53,000 nt of DNA from the NCBI GenBank assembly GCA_002633005.1, contig NMRA01001122.1:1-53000 (forward strand). The letters run 5' to 3'. Position 1 is the first letter of the stretch. Every line of letters begins with the position of its first letter. This stretch comes from Phoronis australis (Eukaryota; Animalia; Phoronida). Below are positions 50,801-53,000 of this stretch, in pieces. The position numbers and the translations under genes were made by a program. The notes under the pieces are model-generated. The model was not told the DNA's origin. It saw only the letters and a program-made list of their open reading frames with translations, and searched no databases.

Positions 50801-52047
50801 CGCATGTGTGCATTGCCGGCGCTTCCGACAATAATTCATGATCGGAAGAGCTTGTTTTTGAATTCTATGGAACTGCTTCACTCTTTACTTTACAGTCATC
50901 TATTTAGAACACAGGTTGAAATTAATCAATCGAACGACATCACTAAAATATAATTATTTCTGAATTTTTAGCCATGTTTTGTTTTCGCGCAAACCCTGCT
51001 CACTTTTTAAAAACATTTAAAAATGTTTTTTAAAAAGTTAGCAGCGTTTGCGCGGAAACCCTCACACCGTATGGCATGAGTTGAGTGAGTAATCATAATG
51101 CACGAGTCACTTGCCACTCACATTGGCAGCCAAAAAAAATTGAATTCGTGTTAAATTTGGTTAAGTTTGAAAATAGTGGTGTAGATAAAGCATTATTTGG
51201 ACTTCTGCTTCAACTGAACTAACTTGCGTGAACATTCGTTTCATAAAGTTTTTAACTAAAATGAAGCAGAAAGAGACAGTGTATTGAACAAGGGCGAATT
51301 GCATCATTACATGACTCATAGCGCGACACCTAAAAAGAGTGCAGGTGGCCTGGTGCCTTTTGTGGTACATCAGGCGCGTTTAGGCCACAAGGCCGGTCCT
51401 ATTACACTAATCACCTGACTATGACTCATGGGGACACAACATCATTGGAATCTTCATGGGTAAAATATTCCAATCTGCCTCTTTGTTTCAGAAAAACAGA
51501 AATACTATTAAACCTGTATGAACTAACAATGCTAACCAGACCGGTTATGTGCCCATCAAGTAGTAGATTACGGCGTCTATTCTATTGTAGGCAGGCAAAT
51601 CTTCCCCAGATGTTGAGGAGTCTCGGCCTCCTAGCCACAGCTGGGACAAAATGAACGTGCTAGGCCTATGTGGCCTGTGATGTTACGGTTCCGAGCGAGG
51701 TTGAAGTGTCCAGTAATAACCTGGATCAGATGCCTTATAGCAAGTCTATCTAAACATAACAGTGACATCTATAGGTGCACGAGCCAAATTATGGGTTAAA
51801 GTTATGCATATGCGGTATATTTGTTGCTTTCACACACTACTAAACGAACTAAAAAACATACTTTCACAATCAGGTATTTTGAGACTCCACTTATTTTTCC
51901 CGGTGCATTTCGTCGTTAATGACTTGTCGTTCAGTTTATCTGAGAAGCTGTAACCCTTTTGGCACGTAAATTTAACCACAGTATTGATCGGAACGGCCAC
52001 ACGGTGGTCAGCAACGCTGTTCTTGACATCAGGTACCCAGCATGCCA
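413..52047 (-). CDS. Partial multi-exon gene (15 predicted exons, ~948 aa, open at both ends): extracellular mosaic protein CCP - Ig-like N-half - FTL1 - FTL2 - unnamed domain - FTL3 - Ig-like C-half - CCP x3
   Basis: Exons 52047-51862, 49701-49591, 49141-48932, 37031-36819, 36635-36423, 31828-31616, 28860-28642, 25428-25174, 23989-23783, 19747-19523, 16517-16352, 13118-13042, 10654-10472, 5698-5519, 598-413. All have AG acceptors and GT donors with compatible phases (all introns phase 1 except one phase 2). The joined frame has no stop. No start, signal peptide or stop codon in the window. Confidence 0.8.
2090..2340 (-). mobile_element. Non-LTR retrotransposon (LINE) reverse transcriptase fragment
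   Basis: KGDASGPTNYRGITLLNVVSKVFTSVLNKRL...LAEEQIGFRNYFSTVDNIF matches the LINE RT N-terminal motifs NYRxIxLL and QxGFR; decayed sequence may continue towards ~3000. Confidence 0.88.
3547..3911. mobile_element. PIF/Harbinger-like MITE
   Basis: Imperfect TIRs ggcccggtatctaatcc / ggattacaacccgggcc with internal inverted segments; a related copy lies at ~28967-29540. Confidence 0.6.
5519..5698 (-). CDS. Exon 14: Sushi/CCP domain 3
   Basis: VQCVQQNLNSVSSPSGSVPKGAKVTFTCNTDYNYPDGSTKKSAVCLGFHKWDVIIENCI; acceptor ccgttttcag, donor C|GTAAGT; 180 nt, phase 1-1. Confidence 0.9.
5939..7790 (-). mobile_element. Internally deleted Academ-type DNA transposon
   Basis: TAGTC...GACTA termini, inverted arms of several hundred bp rich in aagatggcggcc, 3-bp TSD ATA; minus-strand relic ARVWCQA...PAPEAIIEMVRCQC...RCSC...YTDL resembles the Academ transposase Cys-rich C-terminus; contains the gap 6881-6963. 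Confidence 0.75.
8328..8540. repeat. Hairpin/MITE-like inverted repeat
   Basis: cagtgaaaatgg / ccattttcactg and ggtgctgatcaaag / ctttgatcagcacc inverted pairs. Confidence 0.6.
10472..10654 (-). CDS. Exon 13: Sushi/CCP domain 2
   Basis: GRCTIQKVHKS...THTCLRNFAFPDGTYIMQTKCLTEQTWDVTVPHCI; acceptor attttacag, donor G|GTAGGG; 183 nt, phase 1-1. Confidence 0.9.
10923..11173. mobile_element. PIF/Harbinger (Tourist-like) MITE
   Basis: TIRs gggcccgttccaa...aactgact / agtcagtttcttggaacgggccc; 3-bp TSD CAG on both sides. Confidence 0.8.
11769..12040. repeat. (CT)n microsatellite spanning an assembly gap (N 11872-12015)
   Basis: Direct inspection. Confidence 0.97.
12042..12183 (-). mobile_element. Penelope-like fragment (end of GIY-YIG region)
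   Basis: Colinear with 40371-40513 (agccagcgt...cagccgaaatgtgtcattt). Confidence 0.55.
12200..13000 (+). mobile_element. Tc1/mariner superfamily transposase relic, DD37D (maT) type
   Basis: FTEEKCFTL ... VFQHDGAPSHT...WPRFNPDCNPMYYVMWDSLKENVY; 37 residues separate the second Asp from the third catalytic position. Confidence 0.85.
13042..13118 (-). CDS. Exon 12: putative Ig-like strands F-G
   Basis: (R)CAATVGKSENDWVWMDTRSLGPFHV; branch point and acceptor tgctaatattttgtag, donor A|GTAAGT; 77 nt, phase 2-1, exactly complementing exon 11 (166+77=243 nt). Confidence 0.7.
15195..16193. mobile_element. Non-autonomous DNA transposon with TTAA flanks (Sola- or Kolobok-like)
   Basis: ttaa|gaatgattccatataaaaaccatatg ... 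catctggtttttatatgaaattgctc|ttaa: imperfect ~26-bp TIRs with TTAA on both sides. Confidence 0.6.
16352..16517 (-). CDS. Exon 11: putative Ig-like strands C-E and start of F
   Basis: TPVSKLALEMVLPGKPVKVIKEEVRTWKPLSSRFYELHVLDNVKLTGAENGVKL(R); acceptor attctgttttcag, donor AG|GTTTGT; 166 nt, phase 1-2. Spliced to exon 12 it gives LTGAENGVKLRCAA, like the Ig C2-set LTxxxNGxxLxCxA motif. Confidence 0.7.
17541..17608 (+). pseudogene. tRNA-like sequence (tRNA pseudogene or SINE head)
   Basis: A box TGGTGCAGTGG, B box GGTTCGAAA; acceptor-like pair gctgag/ctcagt and T-arm accgg/tcggt; no convincing anticodon stem. Confidence 0.55.
17714..19075. repeat. Two ~450-bp direct repeats (17714-18156, 18619-19075) separated by ~460 bp
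   Basis: Colinear high identity; each copy has several cccaNttgg motifs; copy 2 has one extra cccatttgg unit. Confidence 0.9.
19523..19747 (-). CDS. Exon 10: F-type lectin domain 3, C-terminal half
   Basis: GERLHDFNVKV...LCNTHKGSVATGARVTVRCSPHPVYGRYLYIQIPGESETLTLCDVQVFG; acceptor gttattgcag, donor C|GTAAGT; 225 nt, phase 1-1. Confidence 0.92.
20801..21205. mobile_element. Academ-like non-autonomous element
   Basis: Termini tagtcagattccaat / attggaacctcacta and an internal ggcggccatc motif as in 5939-7790; no clean TSD. Confidence 0.55.
22270..22960. mobile_element. Penelope-like element relics (GIY-YIG C-terminus) in inverted orientation
   Basis: Minus strand IDCSEEGCKANY...HLDNIGHHCDFEDVKIL...FRKGEKEAIH; plus strand WFRKGVKEVMNETIEKSSVNRLDGLRFNL; both match the Penelope motif WFERGVKEAI...PSLNRxGGLR. 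Confidence 0.75.
23783..23989 (-). CDS. Exon 9: F-type lectin domain 3, N-terminal half
   Basis: VNVAFGKPTEQSSTY...SSKAVD...YCTYTAGEKDPWWRVDL...VTVLNRGDCC; tandem acceptor ttacagtag, donor G|GTAATT; 207 nt, phase 1-1. Confidence 0.92.
24532..25060. repeat. (GGT/GAT)n compound trinucleotide low-complexity tract
   Basis: Direct inspection; source of the poly-H/T/V/M ORFs. Confidence 0.95.
25174..25428 (-). CDS. Exon 8: unnamed beta-rich domain, C-terminal half
   Basis: GEQDIGITTIVEVKKGDVIGYHYNSATTNTVIRVKDDEHKCCRH...KRIPAIQAIIEK; acceptor attttactag, donor G|GTATGT; 255 nt, phase 1-1. Confidence 0.8.
28642..28860 (-). CDS. Exon 7: unnamed beta-rich domain, N-terminal half
   Basis: GHVGGPTDVDEMSTEGPNLSIFPDLRITSDAVLTGWKFNAKRAGTVWADIWRLSKEPDQWTLIHKTQLTVANQ; acceptor atgttttag, donor AG|GTACCC; 219 nt, phase 1-1. 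Confidence 0.8.
30136..30359. mobile_element. MITE
   Basis: TIRs catgcgcgcacccag / ctgggcgcgcgcatg with ggggggctcga / tcgagccccc subterminal motifs. Confidence 0.7.
31616..31828 (-). CDS. Exon 6: F-type lectin domain 2, C-terminal half (not in the ORF track)
   Basis: Manual translation HKSTFDIFVRVSSNGKWSTSDPLCYHYPGIIGAGVTEDLFCNKTVYGRYLIIHQKDLHLVLCEVEVYSLFT carries the FTL hallmarks GRYL and LCEVEVY; acceptor gtcttccag, donor G|GTAAGT; 213 nt, phase 1-1. Confidence 0.92.
34572..34974. mobile_element. Harbinger-like MITE
   Basis: ~38-bp imperfect TIRs cccggttgcatgaaacagtcccaaaaagggactcaact / agttgagtccctatttgggacagtttcttgcaactggg; related right end at 28258-28297. Confidence 0.7.
36423..36635 (-). 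CDS. Exon 5: F-type lectin domain 2, N-terminal half
   Basis: ENIALGKATSQASIRDGGASSRAVDGN...SCIHTSKPNPWWKVDL...VSVTNRRHKDY; acceptor gctttacag, donor C|GTACGT; 213 nt, phase 1-1. Confidence 0.92.
36819..37031 (-). CDS. Exon 4: F-type lectin domain 1, C-terminal half
   Basis: SERLSNFDIKV...LCRHYGETVGPGATVVVPCVKPVGGRYLYIQKVGPEALSLCEVEVYG; acceptor ctgtttcag, donor G|GTAAGC; 213 nt, phase 1-1. Confidence 0.92.
38420..38880 (-). mobile_element. Penelope-like element 3' relic: GIY-YIG endonuclease plus hammerhead-like motif
   Basis: HVVYHLNCNECEQFYIGMTYRILSI*VKEH; downstream ttgaaaatggttt...aaactgaaacgtc. Confidence 0.8.
39730..40550 (-). mobile_element. Penelope-like element pLTR junction (ORF end, hammerhead, ORF start)
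   Basis: FRLKILESLSI (GIY-YIG end), then CTGATGA...GAAA motif, then FFNEVCVNEGMLPNY resembling a Penelope ORF N-terminus. Confidence 0.65.
40236..40275 (-). ncRNA. Type I hammerhead ribozyme motif (minimal, Penelope-associated)
   Basis: uugc-CUGAUGA-U-GAGAC-augca-GUCUC-GAAA-UA-UA-gc: intact core boxes and a perfect 5-bp helix II; helix I is weak. Confidence 0.65.
40631..41796. mobile_element. Internally deleted PIF/Harbinger-like element with nested MITE (41011-41163)
   Basis: TIRs cagccgatttcataaaggtggttt / aaaccaccttatgaaatcggctg; subterminal agaccagg/taaacc repeats; minus-strand KRV*NFSHEE resembles the start of the Myb/SANT-like accessory ORF. Confidence 0.7.
42240..45194 (+). mobile_element. 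Academ-type transposon relic
   Basis: Frameshifted DKDLVS/EAKYHR/SCY (~43740), RANHQCAV, and PSLIDHSW...CKCKKNMC...CTEMCSCDNCSN Cys-rich C-terminus (44200-44420); right terminus ...cccaccgacta; left end not located. Confidence 0.7.
45258..45699 (+). mobile_element. Deleted DNA transposon with SAP-domain relic (ISL2EU/Kolobok-like)
   Basis: Inverted repeats gtgacggcaccggaagtagggcaaa / ttttgctctagttccggtgacgtcac; internal TLPQLMRWLMDRGITVNGRRKA*LVMLC matches a SAP motif. Confidence 0.55.
47822..48003. repeat. Three imperfect ~60-bp tandem units, possibly inside a solo LTR (~47570-48282, minus strand)
   Basis: Recurrent tcgtNagtagaagatactg...gcgtcac...gactgacc; the minus-strand block starts TGTTG and has AATAAA near its end. 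Confidence 0.5.
48932..49141 (-). CDS. Exon 3: F-type lectin domain 1, N-terminal half
   Basis: NIALGKPTYQSTTSDGSGSARAVDGNKDTAWSGNSCTQT...PHWWQVDL...VSITNRLEF; acceptor ttattacag, donor T|GTACGT; 210 nt, phase 1-1. Confidence 0.92.
49591..49701 (-). CDS. Exon 2 (candidate): putative Ig-like strands A-A'-B (not in the ORF track)
   Basis: (R)KPTITRFKTTTKLFKYLEGNVVHCTATFFNEDVTEP; acceptor gctatttcag, donor G|GTACGT (same hexamer as exons 3 and 5); 111 nt, open, phase 1-1; PxI...EGxxVxCxA pattern. Confidence 0.6.
50983..51058. repeat. Near-perfect ~75-bp palindrome
   Basis: ttcgcgcaaaccctgctcactttttaaaaacattt-aa-aaatgttttttaaaaagttagcagcgtttgcgcggaa. Confidence 0.8.
51862..52047 (-). CDS. Exon 1 in window: Sushi/CCP domain 1
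   Basis: ACWVPDVKNSVADHRVAVPINTVVKFTCQKGYSFSDKLNDKSLTTKCTGKNKWSLKIPDCE; acceptor attttttcag, donor A|GTATGT; 186 nt, phase 1-1. Confidence 0.9.
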
Positions 52048-53000
52048 CTGAAAAAATCATACCTCAAGTGAAAGACAAGCTTGATATTAACGTCATTTTA
52101 GTTCCGAGTCTACATGCCTCACAATTACTGTGAACATGTTTTTGTAAAAAATACTTCATGGAATGCTGAAGACGTCTTGTTCAGTACCTCAAACGTGTTT
52201 ACTGGTTTTGACAGCTTGTAAATCAGAGTTCCCGAGTGAGCCGCAGATGCACCCCGGCCAACCCGTGATAGAGAACGTCCGGAAGGCGATCGAGAACGAG
52301 ACCTTGCACCAAAAATGGCAGACCACAGTGATGTACCCGCTGAGTTTAAGTGTCATTTTCTGCTTAAATAGAGGCCACTTTGGTACGAATGCTACACACA
52401 GAAAAACATCAGAGTGTAACCTTTGTTGTGGATCTGAAATAATACTCGACTTTTGCTTATATTAAAAAGAGCTCAGAAAGCAATGGCTTTCGGTAAAATG
52501 CGTTGCTCCTCGTAAAATCGGCAATTTCTACTTGTTACTAGCAGTTCCAGGGTTCTTGAGTAGAGACGTGTGACGTTTATAGTTTAAGAGTCACTGCATG
52601 AGAACGTTAAGCAATTTGCAATATTATGGAACATGACATGTCGCGAATTTTAAATTTGATATAGTACATATATCACTTGGGCTGAATTAGCTTCAAAAAT
52701 ATAAAAATTAGTTTTGTCATTCGTCAGGTTGTAAAAATATAACGAATAACTAAATCGGGTGAAAAAAATGGCCTAACCCCTTGTGCGCGACTGTTGAAAA
52801 TGACCTATGTTTCCATGGGAATTAAACCACTTTGCGGGCGTTTAGAAAACAAAAATTTGATTAAGTTATACACAACCATTCTTTTTGTAATTGTGAATGC
52901 CAAAAATAATTCAGAGTGAAGTATTTTGATATTTTTAAGGAACTTTTGAATGCCTTGCCTCCACGGGCCAAATACAGTTACCAATTTAGACCTATATAGA

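Overview
AT-rich, repeat-rich eukaryotic DNA from an invertebrate animal (the Sushi subtype and transposon families suggest a marine invertebrate, possibly a lophotrochozoan; this is inference). One minus-strand multi-exon gene spans the window and is truncated at both ends. From GT-AG sites and reading phase I reconstruct 15 exons (about 2844 nt, about 948 aa, no internal stop) in this order: CCP/Sushi - short exon resembling Ig strands A-B - F-type lectin (FTL) 1 - FTL2 - an unnamed ~158-aa beta-rich domain - FTL3 - two exons resembling Ig strands C-G - CCP - CCP - CCP. The most striking point is that the two Ig-like halves, 33 kb apart, join in frame into one ~120-aa Ig-like domain. This implies a four-domain lectin cassette made only of phase 1-1 exons inserted in its B-C loop. 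Introns hold nested transposon relics: Academ, PIF/Harbinger MITEs, a Sola/Kolobok-like element, a maT-type DD37D transposase, a LINE RT fragment, and Penelope-like elements with hammerhead-ribozyme motifs. There are also simple repeats and two assembly gaps. Almost all short ORFs in the supplied track are non-coding noise. All domain and family assignments are by eye; no searches were run.
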